A DNA stretch of 64,000 bases from Candidatus Bathyarchaeota archaeon (lineage in GTDB: Archaea; Thermoproteota; Bathyarchaeia; Bathyarchaeales; Bathycorpusculaceae): contig OY970176.1 of NCBI GenBank assembly GCA_963707955.1, forward strand, positions 1,280,001 to 1,344,000. Direction: 5' to 3'. The position numbers were made by a program, and so were the translations under genes. The notes under the pieces were generated by a model. The model saw nothing but the letters and a program-made list of their open reading frames with translations, did no database searches and had not been told where the DNA came from. This document shows, piece after piece, positions 51,304 to 61,015 of this stretch (position 1 is the first letter of the stretch; every line of letters starts with the position of its first letter).

Positions 51304-52216
51304 TCTCTACTATTGTGCTTTCAAAGAATAATGATGATACGCTTGATGCGTGTTTAAGGTCTGTTGTAGATTCACTTCCGTATGATAAAGAGGTTCTAGT
51401 TGTGGATGCGCATTCAACAGACAATACGCCGAACATTTTGAAGAAGTATGATGGGAAGATACGTGTTGTTTATGATAAGGGTGAGGGACTAGGCTGGAGT
51501 AGAAATTTTGGAGTTAGAAATGCGACTCATGACATAATAGCGTTTGTTGATTCAGATGTGATATGTGAAAAAGAACATTTCCTAAAGATAATGAACTACT
51601 TCAATGAACATCCAGATATAGGTGCTCTTGACACTTCGGGAATACATCCGATGATTGGTACGAAAGTGCAAAGGTTAGAATCGTTGTTTTGGGCAACAGC
51701 TGAGTCAGGCATTTCTAGTCAGGCTTCTTAAGAGGGTGGTCGATATCGTTCAGACGCAGTGCTTTTGATGCTGTTAATGGTTTTAGAAGAGGAGGTGCTG
51801 ACGATAATGATTTCACTTACAAGCTGAAGAAACATGGTGTCAAGATAGCAAGTATAAGGACAAACAGTTGGCATATGCCAAGAAGAACTTTGCCTGAGTT
51901 GATCAAGGAGATGGAACTTTGGGGAAGGATGGGGGCTTATCTTCAATATCAATGGAGAAGTAATCGAGTCTTCACAAGAGATATGATGAACAGAAGGATA
52001 TTTCGTATTTTGAGGAACGGTAGGGTGATGATGTTTGTTGCCTATTTGGCGTCTCCGATAACTGGGATAAAGTATCTTCGAAAGGCGAAGAACTTTCAAT
52101 TGTATTTGCATTTTATCGTGAGGCAATGGGCGTGGACATTTGGGTTCATACAAGGCAATTTCGACATTGCATTCAATCACGACAGGTATTTGAGGGCACA
52201 TCTTGAAGATGTTTGA
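51300..52216 (+). CDS. GT2 glycosyltransferase; frameshift near 51727
   Basis: VDAHSTDNT and FVDSD motifs; continues in the -1 frame as LRGWSISFRRSAFDAVNGF...DNDF into ORF 51875-52216. Confidence 0.8.
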
Positions 52217-52231
52217 AACCAACGCGCGCGC

Positions 52232-52288
52232 TTTCTGATAAAAAAGCGTAACTTAGAAGAGAAATCGCTCTGCACACAACGCTTTAAA
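52232..52288 (+). repeat. Right direct repeat of the glycosylation island
   Basis: TTTCTGATAAAAAAGCGTAACTTAGAAGAGAAATCGCTCTGCACACAACGCTTTAAA, immediately after CGCGCGCGC. Confidence 0.88.
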
Positions 52289-52335
52289 CTGTCCCAGTGC
52301 TAATGGTGTCTAGCAGAAAACATAGGCGCATCAGA

Positions 52336-54568
52336 GTGAAGGTAACGGACTTACCCATACCAGAAACCGTTAAAGAACTCGTAATCAGGTCTGGAATCGT
52401 TGAACTTTACCCTCCGCAGGAAGAAGCCATAAGAGACCGGAGCTCTTGAAGGAAAAAACCTCGTTCTGGCAAGCCCCACCGCTTCTGGAAAAACTCTGGT
52501 CGCCGAGTTTTGTGCCCTTAAACACATCTTGGAGAAGAACGGGAAGACCGTTTACCTGACGCCGCTCAGGGCTTTGGCGAATGAAAAGTTCGATGAATTC
52601 AGAAAATACGCGACGATAACGAAGAAGGATGGAAGAAAAGTCAGAATAGGCATAAGCACAGGCGATTTTGACAGCACAGATCCCTGGCTGGAAAGGTATG
52701 ACATAATCATAACCACGAACGAGAAGGCAGACTCGCTTCTGAGACACAGGGCCAAGTGGATGGACGAAATCAGCCTCGTGGTCGCCGACGAAGTGCACCT
52801 GCTAAATGAAGCTGAGCGAGGGCCAACTCTCGAAGTTGTCTTGGCGAGGCTCATGCAGGTCAACCCGGATGTTCAAATCTTGGCTCTAAGCGCAACGATA
52901 AACAACGTGGATGAAATCGCAGGATGGCTCAAGGCACAACACGTCACCACTGAGTGGCGCCCCGTGCCTTTAAAGGAAGGAGTCTTGCTCCACGAGGAGA
53001 TTCAATACAAAGACGGCGACGCCCGGAAAATAGAAAAGAGAGCAAGAGATGCCGTCACAAACTTGGCACTGAACACGATCAAGACAGGAGGCCAAGCGTT
53101 GGTCTTCGCGTCAACGCGGAAAAATGCCGTGACACTTGCTAAGAGGATGGCGACTGAAGTTGTCGGAGTCCTATCTAAACCCGCAAGGCGTTCTCTAGAA
53201 CACGAAGCAGAAAGGATCATGTCGACGGGAGAAAGAACAAGGCTCGGCGAATCCCTCAGCGAACTGGTCAAGTGCGGTACGGCCTTTCACCACGCGGGCC
53301 TAGCTGGTGGACATCGAAGAATAATAGAAGATTCTTTCCGAGAGGGAAAAATAAAGGTGCTGACGGCCACGCCAACGCTCGCCTTCGGCGTGAACCTTCC
53401 TGCCAGAACGGTCATCATCCAAGATTACAGACGATATGAGGCTGGGTACGGCTACTACCCCATCAGCGTGTTAGAGTATAAACAGATGGCTGGCAGAGCT
53501 GGAAGACCCAAATACGACAAGACAGGTGAAGCCATACTCGTAGCCAAGACCAGTGACGAAGCAGACTATCTTATTGAAAGCTACATCCTTGCAAGACCAG
53601 AGCGCATTTGGTCGCGACTTGCAGTCGAGAGGATAATGAGGTCTCACGTGCTCGCAACCATCGCTGCAGACTTCGCTCACACTGAAAACGGAATCTACGA
53701 GTTCTTCGGCAAGACCTTCTACGCTTACCAGTACGACATAGAAGCGATCAAGAGCATAGTCGCAAAGATTCTCAAGTACCTGTACGACGAGGAGATGATT
53801 GAAGTCTTCGCCGAAAACATCAACGCAACAAAGTTTGGAAAACGCGTCAGCGAACTTTACATAGACCCAGTCTCAGCTGTCATAATCCGCGATGCGCTAA
53901 GCCGAAAACCCGCGTACCTGACAGACGTCAGTCTTCTGCACATGATCTCTCACACGCCTGACATGAGCCCCGTGCTGAGACCTTACACGAACGAGATGGA
54001 CCAAGTGACACTGTTCATGGAGGAACACAGAGAAGAGTTCCTGATAGCCCCCCCAGACGAATGGGAAGACAGGATATCCTACGAACAGTTTCTCGGCGAA
54101 GTCAAGACGGCCATGACACTCAAAGCATGGATCGAGGAGACAAGCGAAGATTGGCTGATCGAAAAGTTCAGGGTGCAGCCCGGCGACCTCTACAGGACGC
54201 TTGAAAGTGCGAAGTGGCTGCTCCACGCCACACATGAACTGACTCTTCTATTCGGCAACAAACAGGCTTTAACCCAGACTCTTGAAACACAGCAGAGAGT
54301 TGAGAAAGGAGTTAAAAAAGAGCTGCTGCCGCTTGTGAAGCTTGAAGGAGTTGGCAGAGTCCGCGCCCGCATACTCTTCAACTCTGGGTATAAAACGATT
54401 GATGACATCAAACGCGTCCCGATTGACCAACTCCAAAACCTCCCGCTTATCGGACCCAAACTGGCGAAGAAGATAAAGGAGCAGGTCGGCGGCTTCGTGA
54501 AAAAAGAAACATGGGAAAAGCTGGAAAGAGAAGACGAATGGAAACAGAAAGCGCTCACCGAGTACTAG
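52336..54568 (+). CDS. hel308: Ski2-like DNA helicase Hel308/Hjm; frameshift near 52436
   Basis: Upstream frames give LYPPQEEA and PTASGKT; DEVH, LSAT, QMAGRAGRP motifs and a C-terminal HhH. Confidence 0.93.
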
Positions 54569-54731
54569 CGCGCGCTTCAATTGCACTTGAACCCTTGCGC
54601 GGTTTGTTTTCGAAAAGAAATTTCACTAGGGCCTCCGTGGGCACTGGTTTCTCCAAGAATTCGGCTCCAACCTCATACACTCTGCAGTATCTCTCATCGT
54701 AGGCACGCGCGTCATACGAGTACTTACTCAT
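54555..54731 (-). pseudogene. Probable 5' remnant of a class I methyltransferase coupled to purB
   Basis: ATGA overlap with the purB stop. MSKYSYDARAYDERYCRVYEVGAEFLEKPVPTEALVKFLFENKPRKGSSAIE breaks at GCGCGCGC, where a GxGxG motif would be expected. Confidence 0.5.
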
Positions 54732-56095
54732 GCCTGCCCTCTACTCTTACGCTCTCTCTTCGTCTTCTTGACCATAAGGTCGACTTGCCTTGCCGCGGTG
54801 CCCAAGTAGTTCTTCGGGTTCAAAGCTGCATCGACCTCTCTCTTTGTCAGCTTTTGACTTACTGTCGAGTCTTCGAGAAGAACTTCCCCGAAACCTCGTT
54901 TTTCAAGCTCGCTTTTTATGGTCAGTTTCCTGAGAAGCTCATGAGCCGCTTGCCGATTCACACCCTTTCTTGTAAGCACCACCATAACAGCTTCCGACAT
55001 ATAGCGCCCTTGAGTTACCTCCATGTTCTTGAGCATGCGTTCCTCATCAACCCGCAGGCTACTCACTATGTTATTCATCAGGAACAGCAGGTAGTCTGTC
55101 AAGATACACGTTTCTGGGAGAAGAAAGCGTTCAGTAGATGATTGAGTCAAGTCTCGTTCATGCCAGGTTGTAACATCTTCCAAAGCTGGCACGACTAGGC
55201 TTCTCACGATTCGAGCCAAGCCGCAGACTCTTTCGCACAGCTCGGGGTTTCGCTTTTGAGGCATCGTTGAACTTCCAACTTGCTTCTCAAGTTCGAAGTA
55301 CTCAGAGAGTTCACCGATCTCGGGCCTCTGCAACTCTCGAATTTCGGTGGCAAAATTTTCCAGCGAAGATGCAATCAAAGCCAGCACGCATGTGAGTTCA
55401 GCATGACGATCTCGCTGCACAATCTGCGTTGAAATATCGGCGGCGCATATCCCTAGTCTCTGCATGACAAGCTCCTGAATCTTCATTGCATGCTCTCCCA
55501 GACCGGCCTGCGTGCCCACTGCACCGCTCATTTTTCCAACCAAAACGCGCTCTCTGCACTGTCTGAGCCTCTGCATATGCCTTGAAACTTCACGCATCCA
55601 AACCGCGAACTTGAAGCCAAGCGTTATGGGCAAAGCGTGCTGGCCATGCGTTCTGCCAACCATCAACATGTGCTCGTACTGCAAAGCCTTGTCGATCAAG
55701 GTTTTTTCGAAGCTGCCTAGTTTTTTCTCGATCAATTCCAGAGCGTCCTTCAGCTGCAAAGCGTTAGCTGTGTCCACAATGTCGTAGCTCGTGGCTCCAA
55801 GGTGAACATACCCGCCGCTTGAACCGCAGGCCTCTGCTAAAGCTCTGACGAGTGAAGCAACATCATGCTTTATTTCACGTTCAATCTCCTTGATGCGGGT
55901 CAGTTTCACATGCTTCAGTGAAGCAGTTGCCTCGATCTTCTCGGCGTCCTCTTGCGGTATGTCACCGACCTCAGCGTGTGCCCATGCCAAAGCGGCTTCG
56001 ACGTCGAGCATTTTTTGAACGCGGCTCTCTTCTTCGAAAATTCTCCTCATTTCCGCTGTTCCGTAACGACCCGTATCAATTGGGAGAATAGGCAA
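54728..56095 (-). CDS. purB: Adenylosuccinate lyase
   Basis: HLGATSYD, GRTHGQHA and GSSTMPQKRNP motifs. Confidence 0.95.
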   Translation of the reverse strand: MPILPIDTGRYGTAEMRRIFEEESRVQKMLDVEAALAWAHAEVGDIPQEDAEKIEATASLKHVKLTRIKEIEREIKHDVASLVRALAEACGSSGGYVHLGATSYDIVDTANALQLKDALELIEKKLGSFEKTLIDKALQYEHMLMVGRTHGQHALPITLGFKFAVWMREVSRHMQRLRQCRERVLVGKMSGAVGTQAGLGEHAMKIQELVMQRLGICAADISTQIVQRDRHAELTCVLALIASSLENFATEIRELQRPEIGELSEYFELEKQVGSSTMPQKRNPELCERVCGLARIVRSLVVPALEDVTTWHERDLTQSSTERFLLPETCILTDYLLFLMNNIVSSLRVDEERMLKNMEVTQGRYMSEAVMVVLTRKGVNRQAAHELLRKLTIKSELEKRGFGEVLLEDSTVSQKLTKREVDAALNPKNYLGTAARQVDLMVKKTKRERKSRGQA

Positions 56096-56188
56096 GGCTG
56101 CAAATCCCTCGCAGATAAACTACATCGATTAAAGATTAATGTTTTACCGAACTACTACATACCCACATGAACGGATGGGTCTTCTAGA

Positions 56189-57652
56189 ATGGGCGCGATA
56201 ACAGCTGTTCTTCAAAAGAAAGGCCAAGATGCAACAAAAACAGCGTTGGAAATGCTGAAAACGATGAAGGGCACGAACATAGAAGCCTACGGAATAGGCT
56301 CAGGAGCGACGATTGAAGTAAAGAGAGCCTTGGATCAGTTTCAGAATCAAAAAACAGAATCGTCAATAACTATTGGGTATGCCTTTTCCAGAATTCTCGA
56401 ACGAGATAGAACTCAACCATTGCGCTTACAAGACGCAATCATAGTTTTTGATGGAAGAATCTTTCCAGCAGACGAACTAAAGTGTGATGCAGAAATCTTT
56501 GCACTCAAGTTATCAAGAAATCGAGAAGAAAACGCCAAGACATTTATCAAGCAAACTGAAGGCGACTTCGCCTTTGCAGTTGCTGAACAGGAAAGGCTCA
56601 TCGTCGGCAGGGACAGCCTGGGTTTACGCCCCCTCTACTATGGAGAGAACAATGTCTTGGCGGGCTTAGCTTCTGAACGCAAGGCACTATGGAAGATTGG
56701 AATACAACACGTGGAATCGTTCCCTCCAGGTCACGTGGCTCTAATAGGCAAAAGCGGCTTCAAATTCACTCTGGCAAGAACAGTTGTCCACTCAGAGCCA
56801 AAAAAGGTCACGATGGAAACTGCTTCTAGAAGACTCCGAACTCTACTGGAACGAGCCGTGAGGGAAAGAGTTGCAGGATTAAGAGAGGTAGCAATCGCGT
56901 TTTCAGGAGGCCTGGACAGCAGCATGCTAGCGTTCTTTGCCAATAGGACTGGAGTCAGAGTCGAACTCGTGCATGCAAGCATGAAAAACCAAGATGAAAC
57001 GGAGCATGCAAAAAAGATGGCTGACGAGCTTAAACTGCCATTTCACTCCGTCTCGCTAACTGAGGATAACGTGCTCGAAGCTCTCCCCATCGTCCTGTCT
57101 CTGATCGAGGAACCCGACCCCGTCAAAGCGAGCATCGGCATCCCTTTCTACACTGCAGCAGAGAAAACGGCAGAAATGAAAATCAGAGTAATGTTGGCAG
57201 GTCAGGGTGCAGACGAGCTTTTCGCAGGTTATAAACGGTACGTTGACGATTATATTCTGAAGGGAAGAGAAAAAGCAGAAGAAACGATTTTCAGAGATAT
57301 TGTTGGGATGCACAGGAACAACTTCGAAAGGGACATGAAAATCTGCAACTTTCACGGTGTCGAAATGAGACTGCCTTTCGCAACGTATGAGATCGCGAGG
57401 TTCGCAGTTGATTTGCCCATTGAGCTGAAGATTCAGCCAATGGAAACCACGTTGAGAAAGCTTGTACTGAGAAATGTGGCATGCACCCTTGGACTTCCAC
57501 AGTTGATAGTGGAGAGACCTAAGAAAGCGGTGCAATATTCGACAGGGATAAATCAGAGTCTTAAGAGAGCCGCAAGACGGAACCATCAGACACTGAAACA
57601 ATACGTGCAGGAAAAATTCCAAGCCGACGTGAAAAAGATGATGCAAAGTTGA
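56189..57652 (+). CDS. Asparagine synthetase B-like protein lacking the N-terminal Cys
   Basis: RD.LGLRPLY, FSGGLDSS, GQGADELFAGY and RPKKAVQYSTG motifs. Confidence 0.85.
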   Translation: MGAITAVLQKKGQDATKTALEMLKTMKGTNIEAYGIGSGATIEVKRALDQFQNQKTESSITIGYAFSRILERDRTQPLRLQDAIIVFDGRIFPADELKCDAEIFALKLSRNREENAKTFIKQTEGDFAFAVAEQERLIVGRDSLGLRPLYYGENNVLAGLASERKALWKIGIQHVESFPPGHVALIGKSGFKFTLARTVVHSEPKKVTMETASRRLRTLLERAVRERVAGLREVAIAFSGGLDSSMLAFFANRTGVRVELVHASMKNQDETEHAKKMADELKLPFHSVSLTEDNVLEALPIVLSLIEEPDPVKASIGIPFYTAAEKTAEMKIRVMLAGQGADELFAGYKRYVDDYILKGREKAEETIFRDIVGMHRNNFERDMKICNFHGVEMRLPFATYEIARFAVDLPIELKIQPMETTLRKLVLRNVACTLGLPQLIVERPKKAVQYSTGINQSLKRAARRNHQTLKQYVQEKFQADVKKMMQS

Positions 57653-57763
57653 ATAGCGAACAGGGTGAACAGGTTAAAAAGCAAGTGAAAAAAAGTCTAC
57701 AGAAGCTCTTGTGGCCCTACGTTAGCACCGTGCGAAGGATGTTCAATTAAGTAAGGCTCGCGG

Positions 57764-57946
57764 TCACTCGACCACTTGGATCGCTGTCTCTGGGCATTGG
57801 ACTTCACATGCTCTGCACACCAGACATTCTTCAGGTTTTACCGGAACCGATTTTCCATCTTTGACCTCGTAGACGGCCACTGGGCATGTATCAACGCATG
57901 TTCCACAACCTGTGCATTTAGCATTGTCAATCACTATCTTCACCAT
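57764..57946 (-). CDS. 2[4Fe-4S] ferredoxin
   Basis: CTGCGTCVDTCP and CLVCRACEVQCP motifs. Confidence 0.93.
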   Translation of the reverse strand: MVKIVIDNAKCTGCGTCVDTCPVAVYEVKDGKSVPVKPEECLVCRACEVQCPETAIQVVE

Positions 57947-58014
57947 TTCTCATTCCTTCTGATGTGAGAATTTCTTTCAGAGCGAAGCAGCAGAATAAAA
58001 GGGTTTAGGTGCAT

Positions 58015-59760
58015 TTAGCCAGTTTCTTCACGTAATCTTAGGAGGACCCCGTTCATGGTTGCTTCGGCCTTTTCTTTTCTGCGCTGGTAATCCCCTAGGA
58101 GTTTTCGGTATGCTTCCAAGGAAAGTTCTCCGCGGCTGTGACGTGCTTCGATAGTCTTGACGCTAGATTCGACCTCATTCATTCCGGTCTCTGCCACTTC
58201 AAGTTCACGCATCAAACCTGCGTAGTGACCGCCCGCCGACCTCATCCTTTCCCTGCTTTCGTTCAAGCTTCTAGACACTGCGTTAAGACGCGTTTCCAAG
58301 GTTCTTCGTTGCACTTTGTACCGTTGCCTGGGTAACTTGCCTTTCCTAGCTTTGCTTTCAAGAGAATCGATTTCAGAAGCTATCTTCATCCTCTCCTCGT
58401 ACGACTCCACGAAAGACCTGATGTATTCCGGACGAATCCTCATGCCCGCCGTGCCTACGGCGGCGACAGGTATCGGAGCTTTAGGCCTCCTCAAAACCAC
58501 AACTGCCAGACAGCCGACCATTGAGAGGGCCAAAGCCCATATGGTAGACGCATAGCCTAACCATAACGGGCTGTAATCATAAACTATTCTGACGCTGAAG
58601 TTGTCTAACGAGAACACGCTCTGAGCGCTTATAAAAACCTCTTCCTGGAAGACATTCTTGCTAGTACCGTATGAGCCGCCAGCCAAAGAGTCTTCAAACG
58701 ACTGCAACGTTGCACCTTGAGGCAAGACGAAGGTCACCGTTGTTTTATTGATGTAGTAGTCCAAGTCTTCGAACATGGTCATACTCAGAGCAAAACTGTT
58801 GGCTCCACCCTGCTGCTGAAGATAGATTCCACTTGGCAAGCTATAGGTTACGGTGAACAAGGTTGATCTCGCAGGGTCCACAGCTGTCGAAAAAGTGATT
58901 GTGTAGCTGCTCACGTTGGCAACAGTCTGCGTTGGCGGGAGCATCGTTCGGCCAAATTGATCCTGCGCGTTCACCTGAGTTGCGTCTGGAGGCAAAAGAA
59001 CTTCAACAGAACTCAAAGTGCTGTTCACCTCCGTATTCGTTACGTAGTAGGAATCTGTACCCGTTATATCTCCAACCGGACTTACACTTATCTGGCGGTT
59101 AAGCTGGTTCACATCATAAAGTTGCATCGCACTATTAGCAACGTTAAACACCTCAGTTGACGAGTTGTAAGCAAACGCGGCTAAATTCGTCTGTGAATAA
59201 GTCAAATTATTCATCGTCCCCCCGACTAAGACTGAGCTTGTAGGCAAGACTATTGAACCGTTGAAGGTGTCAGCAGATGTCACTAGACTCGGAAACATGG
59301 GAAAAGCAACAGCAAACAATGTGGCATTGTCAGGGTCTTGCTCAATCAGAGCGCTTGAAAACAAGACTTGAACGCTGAAGGCTTGTGGCGCACCATTTGA
59401 AAAATCAACCTCTATGCCGTAGAAGCCGACGTGATCTTCCAAAGGCACGCTTAGGCTAACGGGAAAAGTGTTAGATGTGTTACTAGCGTCTGAAGCGACA
59501 CAACGGAGAACATAAGAGCCAAACGTGTACGGGAAACCGAGCAGAAAACTTGGCGGCACTTGCCCAGACAACGTCAGCGTATCATTCATCAGAACAAAAC
59601 CATTAGACAAGACGCTTATCGTATGATTGACGTTTTGCACTTCATAATTCGCATCTGCCCTAACGCTTCTGGCGTTGAACGACATTGAGACAGAGAATAT
59701 CATGGCCACAACCAGCAATGTGAACACCCATGTTGCCTTTCTCAAGCCGTTATCCTCCAC
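58015..59760 (-). CDS. Ribophorin-I-like type I membrane protein
   Basis: Signal peptide, large external beta domain with RPN1-like motifs, one TM helix and a cytoplasmic helical bundle. Confidence 0.7.
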   Translation of the reverse strand: MEDNGLRKATWVFTLLVVAMIFSVSMSFNARSVRADANYEVQNVNHTISVLSNGFVLMNDTLTLSGQVPPSFLLGFPYTFGSYVLRCVASDASNTSNTFPVSLSVPLEDHVGFYGIEVDFSNGAPQAFSVQVLFSSALIEQDPDNATLFAVAFPMFPSLVTSADTFNGSIVLPTSSVLVGGTMNNLTYSQTNLAAFAYNSSTEVFNVANSAMQLYDVNQLNRQISVSPVGDITGTDSYYVTNTEVNSTLSSVEVLLPPDATQVNAQDQFGRTMLPPTQTVANVSSYTITFSTAVDPARSTLFTVTYSLPSGIYLQQQGGANSFALSMTMFEDLDYYINKTTVTFVLPQGATLQSFEDSLAGGSYGTSKNVFQEEVFISAQSVFSLDNFSVRIVYDYSPLWLGYASTIWALALSMVGCLAVVVLRRPKAPIPVAAVGTAGMRIRPEYIRSFVESYEERMKIASEIDSLESKARKGKLPRQRYKVQRRTLETRLNAVSRSLNESRERMRSAGGHYAGLMRELEVAETGMNEVESSVKTIEARHSRGELSLEAYRKLLGDYQRRKEKAEATMNGVLLRLREETG

Positions 59761-59902
59761 TGCGTTCCCAAAGATTTAGGCTTCCTATCTATTGATGAGC
59801 CCATTTATTTACTTTTGGAGATAGACCACATACGTCACGTATATACTTACCCATCGAAGGGAACAATGAGAATCAGTACTTAAAATTTAGGCGCTTTTCT
59901 CG

Positions 59903-60250
59903 TCAGAGTTCCCCGTGTCTTAGGTAGTAGTCCTCTTCTTTCTTCGCTCCGAAGTTTCTGACACCTTTCTCCTTCAGCTGCTCTTTCAGCTTCTGAGCGT
60001 ACAGTCTATCGATTTCGCCTCTCTTTTCCATGAAATCTATGATCCGCTCTGCCTGCTCCGGCGTGTCACATCTCCGAATAAAGTCTACGACGTCAGGTAC
60101 ATAGTGAACGAAGGTTTCTCTCGTGGCATGTCTTTCTCCAGCCTCATTGTCTGTTCGAACAGAGTTAACTGAGACCTTGTTCTCGCCTGATCCCAATTCT
60201 TGGGCCAGGTTCGGAAACATCTTCTTGAAGGCTTTCTTTTCGAGCTCCAA
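59903..60250 (-). CDS. DUF2095-like archaeal protein
   Basis: FKKMFPNLA.EL, P.VVDFIRRCDT.EQA and GVR.FG.KK..YY motifs. Confidence 0.85.
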   Translation of the reverse strand: MELEKKAFKKMFPNLAQELGSGENKVSVNSVRTDNEAGERHATRETFVHYVPDVVDFIRRCDTPEQAERIIDFMEKRGEIDRLYAQKLKEQLKEKGVRNFGAKKEEDYYLRHGEL

Positions 60251-60349
60251 CGTTGCACCTCGAGTACCAGCCGTGTTTCTTCACGCATCTATGGAAAACG
60301 CAAATATTTAAACGTCTTTTTTGGCCCGTCATCATATGGACATAGGCTT

Positions 60350-60973
60350 CTACCTTTCAGGAGGAACAAACCTACGAGTTGGGGTTTCTTCAAGGATTTT
60401 CTGAAGTTCTCGCAAGCGGAGACCGACTATTTCGTCGCCGTATATTTCGCATTTCTCGCTGAGACAGGCTTCGTCTGGACTGTGAACAATAATTTCAACT
60501 TGCTCTTTGATCGGAGACTCTGTATGAATGTGGAAGGAACCTTTCTTCTTTCCCCGCTTCGTAACGTTGACCCATTCAGCCCGTTGAATCTTTAAGCCGG
60601 TTTGTTCAACCGCCTTCAAAACTTCTCCAGGTTCGTCATGATGGACTATTATGTCCAAGTCGCTGTCATGGTGAATTGTGCCACGCCACACGCTTCCAAC
60701 CAGCACGGGGTCGAACCTCTTCAGAGTAGTCATGATCCTGAAAGCTTCTTTGCGCATCCTGACTAATCTTTCCTGTCTAGCAGCCCCTTCATTCTCCTCT
60801 GCGATCCTGTCAATTTCCATGGCAACCTCAAGGTTTGTCGGCATGAAGTGAAGCCCAAACGTTTTTGCAGCCTTCAACTTCGCCTGCTTGTACTCTTTCT
60901 CAACTCCGTTGTAAAGAAGATTAGCAGCTTCTATGGTGACCTTCTTTCTTGAACTCACAGAATCGGCGGTCAA
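60350..60973 (-). CDS. Nucleotidyltransferase-domain protein
   Basis: EYKQAKLKAA and LVGSVWRG....SDLDI motifs. Confidence 0.85.
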   Translation of the reverse strand: MTADSVSSRKKVTIEAANLLYNGVEKEYKQAKLKAAKTFGLHFMPTNLEVAMEIDRIAEENEGAARQERLVRMRKEAFRIMTTLKRFDPVLVGSVWRGTIHHDSDLDIIVHHDEPGEVLKAVEQTGLKIQRAEWVNVTKRGKKKGSFHIHTESPIKEQVEIIVHSPDEACLSEKCEIYGDEIVGLRLRELQKILEETPTRRFVPPER

Positions 60974-61015
60974 CGCGTCACCGAAGAAAAACTGCGTTCA
61001 ACGCGGAACTTAAGC

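Larger units (their letters stand above)
38920..52231. mobile_element. 13.3-kb glycosylation genomic island; no integrase visible
   Basis: Bounded by diverged direct repeats in the iscS/hel308 intergenic region. Contains paralogs of upstream genes and an AT-rich sub-block. Confidence 0.7.

Noticed and set aside
54600-54705. Response-regulator receiver fragment (GAEFLEKPV)
   Set aside because: The coupled start and N-terminal position fit a methyltransferase remnant better; neither is confirmed.
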